30,553 nt of DNA from positions 1-30,553 of the forward strand of contig DAOWFV010000136.1 in NCBI GenBank assembly GCA_030637805.1, read 5' to 3'. The translations under genes were made by a program, and so were the position numbers. Shown one piece after another: positions 17,376 to 26,041 of the stretch. Under the pieces are notes generated by a model. The model did no database searches. It saw nothing but the letters and a program-made list of their open reading frames with translations, and was not told the DNA's origin. The first letter of the stretch is position 1; every line of letters begins with the position of its first letter. The DNA comes from Acidobacteriota bacterium (lineage in GTDB: Bacteria; Acidobacteriota; Thermoanaerobaculia; Thermoanaerobaculales; Sulfomarinibacteraceae).

Positions 17376-18500
17376 GTGACCAACCAAACTCCTAAGGGCG
17401 AGCGCCCGCAGAAAGGCGCCTGGATCGGACTCCTCTTTGCGCTGGCGGTTTGCACTGCAGTCGTGGTGATGGTGCTGGCCCCCTTTTTCTCGGTAATTCT
17501 GCTCGCGGTGGTGGCGGCAGGGTTGATCCGCCCTTCCTATCTCGAGCTGGTGCGCGCCTTTCATGGGAGGCGACGCGCTGCGGCCGTTCTCATCTGCGTT
17601 CTTCTTCTCGTGGTTTTGTTGGTGCCCGTTTATCTCATTGCTCAGGAGGTATCGGAGGAAGCCCTCGCCATATACGAAATGAGCACCACTCAGCTGACCC
17701 AGGGACGACTGATGGAGATTCTCGAAGGGCGCCAGCACCAGATCGACCGCGTCAACCGGTTTCTTGAGCCCTTCGGCACCGAGCTCACGATAGAGCGAGT
17801 CTATGACCTCCTCGCCACCTTTGGCGTTCGCATCGGCGGTTTCTTTTACAAGCAGGGCGTGTCGGTGGCCGGACACCTGGTCCGCTTTGTTTTTGGATTC
17901 GTCTTCTGGGTTCTAATTCTCTATTACCTTCTCATAGACGGTGGTGCCTTCCGGAGTTGGGTCGAGGCCACCCTTCCTTTGCCCGTGGATGAGCAGAAGC
18001 TCGTGTCCCACCGATTCATGGACATGGCGTCGTCGCTGGTAATCGGGAACGGGGTTGCCGCCATCATCCAGGGCATTGCGGGCGGTGTCATCTTCGGACT
18101 CCTCGGCATCCCGGGCGCAATCCTGTGGGGCGTCGTGATGGCCATCCTGGCCTTCATCCCGGTGGTCGGGATTTCGCTGGTGTACATCCCGTTTACCATC
18201 TTCCTGCTGATCGCCGGCGAGAACACCCGCGCCCTCTTGCTCTTCATTCCACTGGCGGTGGTAGCGACTGCGGTGGAGTACTGGTTGAAACCGCTCCTGG
18301 TGGGGCGGCGGGCGCAGATGCATACCCTGCTGGTCTTTCTCTCGCTGATCGGCGGCGTCATGGCTTTCGGGGCGGTAGGCCTCCTGCTGGGGCCGCTGAT
18401 GATGACCGCTTTTCTGACGCTGGCCGGGATCTACCGTGAACATTACCGTCCGTTCGCAGGTGAACCCTGCGTGGAGAAGGGTGAGAACCAGACCGGCTAG
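17376..18500 (+). CDS. AI-2E family transporter (PerM/YhhT-like)
   Basis: Multi-pass hydrophobic protein; ILYYLLIDG, LAFIPVVG, LKPLLVGRR..MHTLLVFLSLIGG..AFG..GLLLGP; GTG start chosen at 17376 (TTG at 17340 possible). Its stop overlaps the convergent bactofilin stop (CTAG). Confidence 0.92.
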   Translation: MTNQTPKGERPQKGAWIGLLFALAVCTAVVVMVLAPFFSVILLAVVAAGLIRPSYLELVRAFHGRRRAAAVLICVLLLVVLLVPVYLIAQEVSEEALAIYEMSTTQLTQGRLMEILEGRQHQIDRVNRFLEPFGTELTIERVYDLLATFGVRIGGFFYKQGVSVAGHLVRFVFGFVFWVLILYYLLIDGGAFRSWVEATLPLPVDEQKLVSHRFMDMASSLVIGNGVAAIIQGIAGGVIFGLLGIPGAILWGVVMAILAFIPVVGISLVYIPFTIFLLIAGENTRALLLFIPLAVVATAVEYWLKPLLVGRRAQMHTLLVFLSLIGGVMAFGAVGLLLGPLMMTAFLTLAGIYREHYRPFAGEPCVEKGENQTG

Positions 18501-18997
18501 CCTGCCGGGGATGATTCTTTCGCAGAGGCCTCCGCATCCTTACGCGCGCTGGAGGTCGTCACGGTGCCTCGCGCGCTCGGCTCTTTCATCAAGACCTGAC
18601 CTTTGAAGGTGGCGCCGTCCCTGATCAGGATGCGCGGGGCGGTGATGTTGCCCTCGACGAAGGCCGACGGCTCGAGCTCGATGCGCTGGCTTGCGGAAAT
18701 ATTGCCCTTCACACGTCCGGCGACAATGACGTTCCGTGCATGAACCGTCGCCTCCACGCCCCCGTGCTCGGCGATCTTCACGGTTCCGGTTCCCTCGATT
18801 GCGCCGTCGATCTCGCCGTTGATGACGATCTCACCCGAACCGAGGATCCGACCCTCGATCCGGGTCGGACGCGCGATTACGGTTCGACTATCGCCGTCGC
18901 CCGGGGTTGCCGAAGTTGTCGGTCGCTGATCGGTCCTGGCGGCCGGCCGGGTCGCCGAAGGTGCGGGGGATTGGTCGTCGCGTCCGAAAATGCCCAT
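18497..18997 (-). CDS. Bactofilin (polymer-forming cytoskeletal protein)
   Basis: TVIARPTRIEGRI...VINGEIDG...ARNVIVAGRVKGNI...EGNITAPRILI..GATFKG beta-helix repeats; ATG at 18997 with GAGG upstream. Confidence 0.93.
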   Translation of the reverse strand: MGIFGRDDQSPAPSATRPAARTDQRPTTSATPGDGDSRTVIARPTRIEGRILGSGEIVINGEIDGAIEGTGTVKIAEHGGVEATVHARNVIVAGRVKGNISASQRIELEPSAFVEGNITAPRILIRDGATFKGQVLMKEPSARGTVTTSSARKDAEASAKESSPAG

Positions 18998-19070
18998 ATC
19001 ACTGTTCCTCGCTAGCCGGCCCGGAAAATCATGAGCTGGCGTCACCGATTATCCGGATAAGATGGTGGTT

Positions 19071-19146
19071 TGGAGCGGGCAACGGGACTCGAACCCGCGA
19101 CATTCAGCTTGGGAAGCTGACACTCTACCAGCTGAGTTATGCCCGC
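19071..19146 (-). tRNA. tRNA-Gly (anticodon CCC)
   Basis: Reverse strand GCGGGCA-TA-ACTC..GGTAGAGT-G-TCAGC-TTCCCAA-GCTGA...GCGGGTTCGAGTCCCGT-TGCCCGC-T-CCA; 76-nt cloverleaf, U73 discriminator, encoded CCA. Confidence 0.97.
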
Positions 19147-19226
19147 CCAAACGGAGCCCGACATTACCACAGGGCCTCTTGCCCAGGCAAGGTTCTCCGA
19201 GACACAAGCAGCTGTTTTCCAGGCAG

Positions 19227-19243
19227 TTGGTACGAGCATTGCT
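19227..19243 (+). promoter_or_regulatory. Sigma54 (-24/-12) promoter upstream of the pilin-like gene
   Basis: TTGGTACGAGCATTGCT versus consensus TGGCACG-N4-TTGC; exactly 10 nt separate GG from GC. Confidence 0.65.
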
Positions 19244-19256
19244 TGTCTTGGATTCC

Positions 19257-19718
19257 ATGCCTGCTCGCGGCCCATCCACGCACCGCGGTTTTTCGCTCAT
19301 TGAGTTGCTCATCGTGGTTGCGATTCTCGGCATGATCGCCGTGATAGCGATACCCAACCTGATCAATACCATCCAGCGTTCGCGCCAGAGCCGTACGATG
19401 GCCGAGATGCGGGTCTTCGGCGAGGCGTTGGAGATGTACCAGCAGGACAACAATATCTACCCGTGGGCGGCGGGGGCCGTCCCTGCCGACGTCTTGCGTC
19501 CATTTCTCTCCGTTTATATACGCAACATCACCTTAGTCGACGCCTGGCAGCAGCCCCTGCTGTACTCGAGCAACGGGACTCGCTACACCGTCGTCTCTTA
19601 CGCGGCGAATGGTGCTGCCGACCTCCCGTACACAAACGGGCCGACCCAGCGCTTTGTCTCGGACATCGTCCTCTCCGGTGGGACCTTCGTCCAGTGGCCT
19701 GAGGGTGTTCAGTACTGA
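19257..19718 (+). CDS. Type IV pilin / type II secretion pseudopilin-like protein (GspG-like)
   Basis: Prepilin cleavage/methylation site RG|FSLIELLIVVAIL with E5; IAIPNL; DAWQQPLLY resembling the GspG DPWG.PY.Y motif. Confidence 0.9.
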   Translation: MPARGPSTHRGFSLIELLIVVAILGMIAVIAIPNLINTIQRSRQSRTMAEMRVFGEALEMYQQDNNIYPWAAGAVPADVLRPFLSVYIRNITLVDAWQQPLLYSSNGTRYTVVSYAANGAADLPYTNGPTQRFVSDIVLSGGTFVQWPEGVQY

Positions 19719-19777
19719 CGCTAAGCGTCATTCCCCGTCGAAAGGAGTGGCGTCGAGGGGCATCGGCGGAAGCGGAG

Positions 19778-20971
19778 TCAGATGGAATAGAGCACCTCGC
19801 CGCTGCCGATTCCGCCGCCCACGCAGCGGCTGGTGACACCGACCCGCTTTCCACGCCGGCGCAGCTGGTGAACCATGTCGACGACCTGACGCGCTGCGGT
19901 GCAACCCACCGGGTGGCCGAGGGAGATCCCGCTGCCCCAGAGATTGGTTCTGTCCCGAGGCAGGTCCGGTAGGTCGTGAAAGGCTGCGGCCAGAACGGCC
20001 GCAAAAGCCTCGTTGAGCTCGAAGAGATCGACCTCTCCGATGCCGAGGCCGGCGCGCTCGAGCAGGGGAGGAATGACCTTGAAGGCGCCTTCGCCCATGT
20101 ACTCGCGCTCCACCCCGACGTTGTAAAACGCATTGAGCTCGGCGAGCGGGTGTAGACCCAGCTCGGCGGCCCGTTCCTCACTGGTCAGCACGACTGCCGC
20201 TGCGGCGTCGTTGACGCTCGAAGCGTTGAGAGCGGTGATGGTACCGCCGTCTCGTTTGAAGTACGGTCGGGCTGCCGCGAGCTCTTCCATGGTTAACGGT
20301 CGCGGCCCCTCGTCACGTTCCACGATCTGTGGATCCCCGCGCCGTTGGGGAACCTCCACGGGCACAACGTAGTCGCCGAAGGCCCCCTCCTCCCATGCCT
20401 TCAACGCGCCGTGATGGCTGCGGAAGGCGATCTCGTCCTGCTCCTCGCGGGTGAGGCCGTATCGGTCGACCAACCGCTCGCTGAGCAGACCCATGAGCTC
20501 GCCGTCACCGACGTTTGCGTCTGTCAGCGCACCAAAGAGCCCGTCGACCAGGGTCATGTCGCCATAGAGCTGGCCCTTGGTCCGTCCGGTGAACAGGAAC
20601 CTGGGCACGTTGCTGAGAGACTCGACGCCGCCGGCGATTCCCAACGACACCTCGCCGAGCATGATGCGGCGGGCGAGACTGTGGATCGCCGCGCCGCCCG
20701 AGGCGCAGTTCTCGTGGAAGGTGGTGCCGGGAGAGCTGCTCGGGACCCCCGCGAACTCAGCCGCAGTCTTGGCGAGGTTGGGTGAGCGCGGGTCCTGCAT
20801 CACCCAGCCCATGCAGGTGTACTCGACCAGCATGGGATCGAGGTCCGTGGACTCGAGCAACGCTCGAATGATGATGGTGGCCAGCTCGCGCGCCCGGAGT
20901 GGGGCGAGACCTCCTCCCAGGGCGCCGATCGGGGTCCTTACCGCTCCGGCGATGACGACCTTCGTAGTCAT
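19778..20971 (-). CDS. Acetyl-CoA C-acyltransferase, classical thiolase
   Basis: AVRTPIG, NCASGG (Cys), GGVESLS, NEAFA, GHPVG, RCVGGG (second Cys); AAGGAGG RBS before ATG 20971. Confidence 0.93.
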   Translation of the reverse strand: MTTKVVIAGAVRTPIGALGGGLAPLRARELATIIIRALLESTDLDPMLVEYTCMGWVMQDPRSPNLAKTAAEFAGVPSSSPGTTFHENCASGGAAIHSLARRIMLGEVSLGIAGGVESLSNVPRFLFTGRTKGQLYGDMTLVDGLFGALTDANVGDGELMGLLSERLVDRYGLTREEQDEIAFRSHHGALKAWEEGAFGDYVVPVEVPQRRGDPQIVERDEGPRPLTMEELAAARPYFKRDGGTITALNASSVNDAAAAVVLTSEERAAELGLHPLAELNAFYNVGVEREYMGEGAFKVIPPLLERAGLGIGEVDLFELNEAFAAVLAAAFHDLPDLPRDRTNLWGSGISLGHPVGCTAARQVVDMVHQLRRRGKRVGVTSRCVGGGIGSGEVLYSI

Positions 20972-21048
20972 GTGATACCTCCTTCTCGCTTCAGGAATCG
21001 TACGCCCGACCTCACGCCGCGTCCAATTCAATGCGCGAGATCTACGGG

Positions 21049-22197
21049 TCAGGGCTTCGGCGGCTGGGCCAACGAAAGGACGAGGTCGGTGAAGAGGGCG
21101 AGTCGTGGCGGAAGGCAATCGATGACAATGGATTCGTCGGGTTGGTGGGCGCCTTCTCCCACCGGCCCAAGGCCGTCGATGGTCGGGGCCCCCACGGCCG
21201 CGGCGAGGTTAGCGTCCGACGAACCGCCCCAGCGCACCCAGCCGAGGTCGAGGCCGAGGCCCTTGCCGATCTCCCGTGCGCGGTCGAAGAGCTCGAGGGT
21301 GGCTGGTGAGGCCTCCATCGGTGGCCGGTTCCAGCCGCCGGAGAGGTGGATCTCGCTGCCGGCAAGCGTTGGTTGCAGTGCATGAAGAGCGGTGGTCAGT
21401 CGCTCGGTTTCGTGCTCGGTCCATGCCCGCACATCGACCCGAATCTCAGCCCGATCAGGGACCATGTTGCTTGCGGATCCGCCCGTGATGACGTTTGGAC
21501 CCACGGTGGTTCCGAGGGCGGGATCTTCGAGTCCGAGGATAGCCAGAATCTGGTGTGCGGCCTCGACCACAGCGTTGATCCCGCGCTCCGGTTCGACCCC
21601 CTGATGGGTGGCGCGGCCTCGGATGTCGACGATGAACTCGCCGGAGCCCTTGCGCGCCAGCTTCAGACTGCCCTCGAGATTCGTCGGTTCGAGGACGAGG
21701 ACGAAGTCTGAACGCCGCGCCGCTTCCTCGATGAACCGGCGCGACCCTGGCGCCCCGACCTCTTCATCAGGGGTGAGCAGCATCTCGAGATGGGGGTGGG
21801 AGTGACCCGATGCGTCGAGATAGCGCAGCAGCCACGGAATGAAAAGCAGGCCGCCCTTCATGTCGTAGACCCCGGGGCCGTACGCTCGTCCACCCTCGAC
21901 CCGCCACAGACTCGGCCACGATCCGATCGGCCAGATCGTGTCGTAGTGAGCGAGGATCAGGATCCTGGCGCCGTTGCCGCTGCGAGTGAGGCGCAACACC
22001 GGACCATGCTGCTGCAGGTTTTCGCGCTCGAGACGACCCAACGAGGCCAGGCGATCGGCGAGGAATTCGGCCGCTTCCTGCAGATTCGTCAGATTCCCGG
22101 AAGGGGTCTCGATGGCGGTCAGAGCCTGCAACTCGACCAGGTAATCCTGCAGGTGGCCGGCGAAGAAGTCGAGACTCTCCATGAGCCGGGCGATCAC
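21049..22197 (-). CDS. M20-family metallopeptidase (glutamate carboxypeptidase-like)
   Basis: LAHYDT, GPGVYDMKGG, PDEEVG, LVLEP, GGSSDAN, DGLGP.GEGAH; AAGGAG 7 nt before GTG 22197 (ATG 22182 is an alternative). Confidence 0.92.
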   Translation of the reverse strand: MIARLMESLDFFAGHLQDYLVELQALTAIETPSGNLTNLQEAAEFLADRLASLGRLERENLQQHGPVLRLTRSGNGARILILAHYDTIWPIGSWPSLWRVEGGRAYGPGVYDMKGGLLFIPWLLRYLDASGHSHPHLEMLLTPDEEVGAPGSRRFIEEAARRSDFVLVLEPTNLEGSLKLARKGSGEFIVDIRGRATHQGVEPERGINAVVEAAHQILAILGLEDPALGTTVGPNVITGGSASNMVPDRAEIRVDVRAWTEHETERLTTALHALQPTLAGSEIHLSGGWNRPPMEASPATLELFDRAREIGKGLGLDLGWVRWGGSSDANLAAAVGAPTIDGLGPVGEGAHQPDESIVIDCLPPRLALFTDLVLSLAQPPKP

Positions 22198-22238
22198 ACA
22201 CCATCTCCTTGACGGAATCAAGAGGCGGAAGAGAAGAG

Positions 22239-22502
22239 AGTTCTCAGTTTTGAGTTCTTAGTTTTGAGTTACGGGCGCCCTGCGGGTGCGGTGACCCACC
22301 GCCGTAAGCGGGTGGCCCGCGATTGGGCGCGTTCCGGCGACGGGCTGCTGACTTCGAGGCGACCTTCTATCGTCGCGCGTCCCGAGAGGATGCCAGGGAC
22401 CTTCGAAGTAACGCGCCCAAGCGCGGCCGACATGCCCCGAGGTCCCCAGTCGCCTCCTCGCGCCGATAATTCCTAATTCCTAATTCCTAATTCCCAATTC
22501 CT
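22239..22502 (-). repeat. Family 3 element, full length, reverse orientation
   Basis: AGTTTTG/AGTTCTT array at 22239-22271 and (AATTCCT)x4 at 22468-22500. Reverse-strand core CGGCGCGAGGAGGCGA...CCGCGCTTGGG...CTCTCGG...AGAAGGTCGC. Confidence 0.87.
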
Positions 22503-22531
22503 CGCGCCCTATGGGCGCCGCGAGGGCCGTG

Positions 22532-23371
22532 TCAGCTTTCCCCCCGCCATGCCGGGAGTCTGATGATGAAAGTGCTGCCTTCGCCGAGGGTGCTCTCCAC
22601 CTCCAGGGTGCCGCCGAAGGCTTGCACCAGCCGGCGGCAGACGGCGAGACCGAGGCCCGAACCCTGCCGTCGCTCGCCCGGCTCGCGGTGGAGTTGGGCG
22701 AACGCGTGGAAAATCTCATCGATCCGGCCCTGGGGGATACCGACACCGTCGTCCTCGACCTCGAGCACGACCGTGTCCGCGTCCACCCGCGCCTTGAGCC
22801 CGAGGTGGCCTCCCGCCGGCGTGAACTTGACGGCGTTGTCCAGCAGGCGACGCAGCACCTCCCGCATGCGCCCGGCGTCGACCATGACGGCGGGCAGCCC
22901 GGGGGCGACCTCGGCAGCCAAACCGAGACCGCTGCGATCGGTGATAGCACGCGTCTCCTCCATGACCTCGTCCACTAAAGGCTCGATCTCGACCGGCGCG
23001 AGGTCGAGCTGGAGGTTGCCGGTCTCGAAGGCGGAGAGATCCACCATGTCGAGAATCAGGTGGCGCAATCTCAGAACACTGTCGTAGACGATATGAAGAA
23101 ACGAGAGCTGTTCTTCGGAAAGACCCTCGGTGAGGTCCGAGAGGATGATTTCCAGGTAGCTCTGGATGATCGTGAGCGGGGTCTTGACCTCGTGGGCTGC
23201 GGCGGAGAGGAAACGACCTCCGGCCTCCTCGATCTCAGCCAGCCTCTGCTGAAGTGCCTCCACCTCGCGGGTGCGCTCCTTCAGGGTCTGGTGCAGCGCC
23301 GCCACGTCGGACGGCGAATCCGCCTCCTGTGGGGCGTTGTCGGGGTGGGGCAGGGGACGGCGTGCTACCAT
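22532..23371 (-). CDS. Cytoplasmic histidine kinase (HisKA + HATPase) lacking a sensor domain
   Basis: AAHEVKTPLT, LLDNAVKFT, EDDGVGIP, GSGLGLAV; the N-terminus is only a short coiled coil. Start is ATG 23371 or TTG 23383. Confidence 0.9.
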   Translation of the reverse strand: MVARRPLPHPDNAPQEADSPSDVAALHQTLKERTREVEALQQRLAEIEEAGGRFLSAAAHEVKTPLTIIQSYLEIILSDLTEGLSEEQLSFLHIVYDSVLRLRHLILDMVDLSAFETGNLQLDLAPVEIEPLVDEVMEETRAITDRSGLGLAAEVAPGLPAVMVDAGRMREVLRRLLDNAVKFTPAGGHLGLKARVDADTVVLEVEDDGVGIPQGRIDEIFHAFAQLHREPGERRQGSGLGLAVCRRLVQAFGGTLEVESTLGEGSTFIIRLPAWRGES

Positions 23372-23484
23372 CGGTTTACTCAACTAGGACGCCCCGAGTA
23401 TACGGGGTGCCGGCTGATTCTCGTAGCGGGGTGGGCGCGATTCGCAGGGTGCAACCGAAGGTCAATTCGGCGGATGCGAGGTGG

Positions 23485-25329
23485 ATGAGCGCCTCATCGA
23501 GGTGCTCTGCCCAGACCGGCTGTCGCTTTTCTCGAAGGGCTGGACAACGAGTCGGGAATCTCGTTGTGGCCTGCCTGCTCCTGGTCCCCGCGGTGGTGTG
23601 GTGCGCCGAACGCGACCCGCGGATCATCGACATCTCCTTTGAGCCGCACGGCACGATCCGCTGGGAACGTGGAGGGCATCCGGTGCTCCTCGTGGTCCCG
23701 AGATCGGGTGAAGGCTGGATCACCCTGGCGCAGCGCCTCACCGGCAGCCAGGCTACGGTGGGGTCGCTGCGGCGCGCGAATCCTCGTCTCCAAGCGCCGC
23801 TCCGTGACCGTCCCGTACGGGTGCCGGTGGAGATCCTGCGCGGGGATCTCCGGCTCGACGCGGTGCGACGGCTCTTCCCGGTGGACAAACGAACGGTCCT
23901 GGGCTGGCAGCACTGGATCCTCGACCCGTTCCGTGATGGCGAGGGGGAGGAAAGTTGGGAGTGGTTGGCCGAGCTCTTCACTGGGAGGACAGACCTGGCG
24001 GGAGATCTCAAGAGGACCAACCCGGAGCTTGTCGCCACAGGGCTGAAACGCGGGCGTCCGCTAATCATCCCGGAGGCGCAGCTCTTGGGCGTCTTCAGCT
24101 CGCTGACACCGGTGGCGACCCCTACACCGGTCGCCACGCCCACGCTGCCGCCCGTTTCCACGGTCGTGCCCTCACCGATGGTCGCCCCCCGCCCCGACGG
24201 CGGCGGCCCCCTCGACTACGGCGTCGACCGATTCGGTGAGTACGCGATCTACCGGCTACAGAAGGGCGAGGCGCTGTACTCGGCGGTGGTCGTGCGGTTC
24301 ACCGGGCAGCTTCTCGCCAGACAGGTCAACGAGACCGCAATGACGATCGCCCGGCGCTCGGGCATCGATGATGTCACCGATATTCCGGTCGGGTATCCCG
24401 TCAAGATCCCCTTCGAGCTGCTGCTCCCGGAATACCTTCCGCCCGACAACCCGCGTCGCCTGGCGTGGGACGAGGGAAGGCGCGAGCTGGCGCACTTTCT
24501 CGAGGTGGTCCATGCGACCGACCTCTCCGGCGTGCAGGTGGTCCTCGATGCGGGGCACGGCGGAAAGGACACCGGTGCGGTCGTGAACGGCGTCTGGGAG
24601 GCAACCTATGCCTACGACATCATGTGTCGGATCAAGGCGAACCTCGAACGCCATACCCGCGCTACCGTATGGACCACCATCGAGGACGCGAAACGCGGCT
24701 GTACGACCCCTCCGCTGGACAGGCTCGAGCAGAGCCGTGACGCATTCCTCCGGACCCGGCCCCCGTACCGGCTCGATGACGCGGTGCTAGGGGTCCACCT
24801 GCGCTGGTACCTCACGAACGACATCATCCTCAACCGGCTCGATTCCAGCGTACCGCGTTCGAAGACGGTCTTCCTCTCGGTGCACGCAGACTCTCTCCAC
24901 CCGAGCGTGCGCGGCGCGATGGCCTACGTACCGTCCAGGTACCTGCGTCCGACAAAGCCATATACCGTCAGACGCCGGGACATCCAGCGGTTCGCCGAGT
25001 ATCGAAATCACCCCACGGTTCGCCTCGGACCCGAGTTCAAGGCGCGGGTCGAGGCATCTTCGCGGCACATGGCTGAAAGAATCCTGGGCAGCCTCGAACG
25101 AAACGAGATCGCGATCCACCCCTACGATCCAGTCCGTGACCGGGTTCTCCGCGGTCGGCGGAGCTGGGTGCCGGCGGTGTTGCGATTTACCGCGGCCCAG
25201 AATGCGGTGCTCCTGGAGTGCTGCAACATGGCCAACGAGCAGGATCGCTCCTTACTCCTGGAGCAGGAGTGGCGGGAGCGCTTCGCGCGCGCTGTGGTCG
25301 AGGGAATGGCGTCAGCGTTTTCGAGATAG
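23485..25329 (+). CDS. N-acetylmuramoyl-L-alanine amidase (Amidase_3) with N-terminal LysM-like modules
   Basis: VLDAGHGGKD, GVWE, FLSVHAD and AVLLECCN zinc/catalytic motifs; signal-like segment; T/P linker; ATG 23485 follows GAGG (start uncertain). Confidence 0.88.
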   Translation: MSASSRCSAQTGCRFSRRAGQRVGNLVVACLLLVPAVVWCAERDPRIIDISFEPHGTIRWERGGHPVLLVVPRSGEGWITLAQRLTGSQATVGSLRRANPRLQAPLRDRPVRVPVEILRGDLRLDAVRRLFPVDKRTVLGWQHWILDPFRDGEGEESWEWLAELFTGRTDLAGDLKRTNPELVATGLKRGRPLIIPEAQLLGVFSSLTPVATPTPVATPTLPPVSTVVPSPMVAPRPDGGGPLDYGVDRFGEYAIYRLQKGEALYSAVVVRFTGQLLARQVNETAMTIARRSGIDDVTDIPVGYPVKIPFELLLPEYLPPDNPRRLAWDEGRRELAHFLEVVHATDLSGVQVVLDAGHGGKDTGAVVNGVWEATYAYDIMCRIKANLERHTRATVWTTIEDAKRGCTTPPLDRLEQSRDAFLRTRPPYRLDDAVLGVHLRWYLTNDIILNRLDSSVPRSKTVFLSVHADSLHPSVRGAMAYVPSRYLRPTKPYTVRRRDIQRFAEYRNHPTVRLGPEFKARVEASSRHMAERILGSLERNEIAIHPYDPVRDRVLRGRRSWVPAVLRFTAAQNAVLLECCNMANEQDRSLLLEQEWRERFARAVVEGMASAFSR

Positions 25330-25558
25330 ATTCACCCGCCCGCGGCGCCCGGTCATGGCAACCGCACCCGATGTTCTTCTGAGGCGCCTTTGACAATCAA
25401 CACAACCTCCTGCTATCGCGCTCCCCGAGGGAGCCCCCTTTGAGGTTTTGGGACTCAGCGGTGTTCTTTCCTCGGCGTGGCTGCTCCCAAAACCATCAAA
25501 GACGGCACGCCCGGTCAAGAGCGCCCACACCTGAGATCAGCCGGCCGCAGAGCGCGGG

Positions 25559-25585
25559 TAACTAAGAACTAAAAACTCAAAACTA
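25559..25585 (+). repeat. Isolated AACTCAA-type heptamer array (family 3 right arm)
   Basis: TAACTAAGAACTAAAAACTCAAAACTA, the same units as at 8549, 22239 (reverse) and 27938. Confidence 0.8.
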
Positions 25586-25698
25586 AACCCCCTTTCCCCG
25601 TGTTGGTGCTCCGGGTCACGTTCAACGCCTTGCGTGCGGCATCGACGCGACCCACATTAGAGGTAGGGAAGCATATCGATCGCTCGGAGGGAGGCGTC

Positions 25699-25992
25699 AT
25701 GAGGTCCTACCTTGTATTGACAGAGAACGGTCCTCTCCTCGTGATGACCTCCCGTTCGCGCATCACCGAGGATGCCCTCCTCGAGTCACTGCACCGAAAA
25801 GGCATCGACAAGTTCATCGCCTACGAGGTGCCGGTGGACAGGGTTCACGAGTTCTACGGCCTTCCCTTCGAGGTGATCGCGGCCGACCTCGACCAGGGCA
25901 AGGAGATGAGGGTCCTCGACTTTGACGGCCGCCACATCTTCGACTGCCTCTCTCTCGCTGAGCTCGGCCAGGAGATTCATTTCGAGCATTGA
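25699..25992 (+). CDS. Conserved hypothetical small protein, 97 aa (paralog 1)
   Basis: GGAGG RBS; 53/97 identical to the next gene (KFIAYEVP, EVIAADL, RVLDF.G.HIF). Confidence 0.85.
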   Translation: MRSYLVLTENGPLLVMTSRSRITEDALLESLHRKGIDKFIAYEVPVDRVHEFYGLPFEVIAADLDQGKEMRVLDFDGRHIFDCLSLAELGQEIHFEH

Positions 25993-26041
25993 GCCCGGTT
26001 CACGGGCTACAATGAGAAGCCGACTCAGGATTGGGGGTCGA

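Noticed and set aside
19071-19146. tRNA-Gly as the attachment site of an integrated element
   Set aside because: I found no duplicated tRNA 3' end, integrase or compositional shift in the window.
19257-19718. Pilin as a conductive e-pilin
   Set aside because: Aromatics are 16/142 of the mature chain, but there is a 41-residue aromatic-free gap after F1 and positions 24 and 27 are not aromatic.
25390-25585. Assignment as 6S RNA or a known riboswitch
   Set aside because: Only short fragments are suggestive, the usual 6S gene context is absent, and parts recur at 17112-17147. Retained only as an unassigned candidate.
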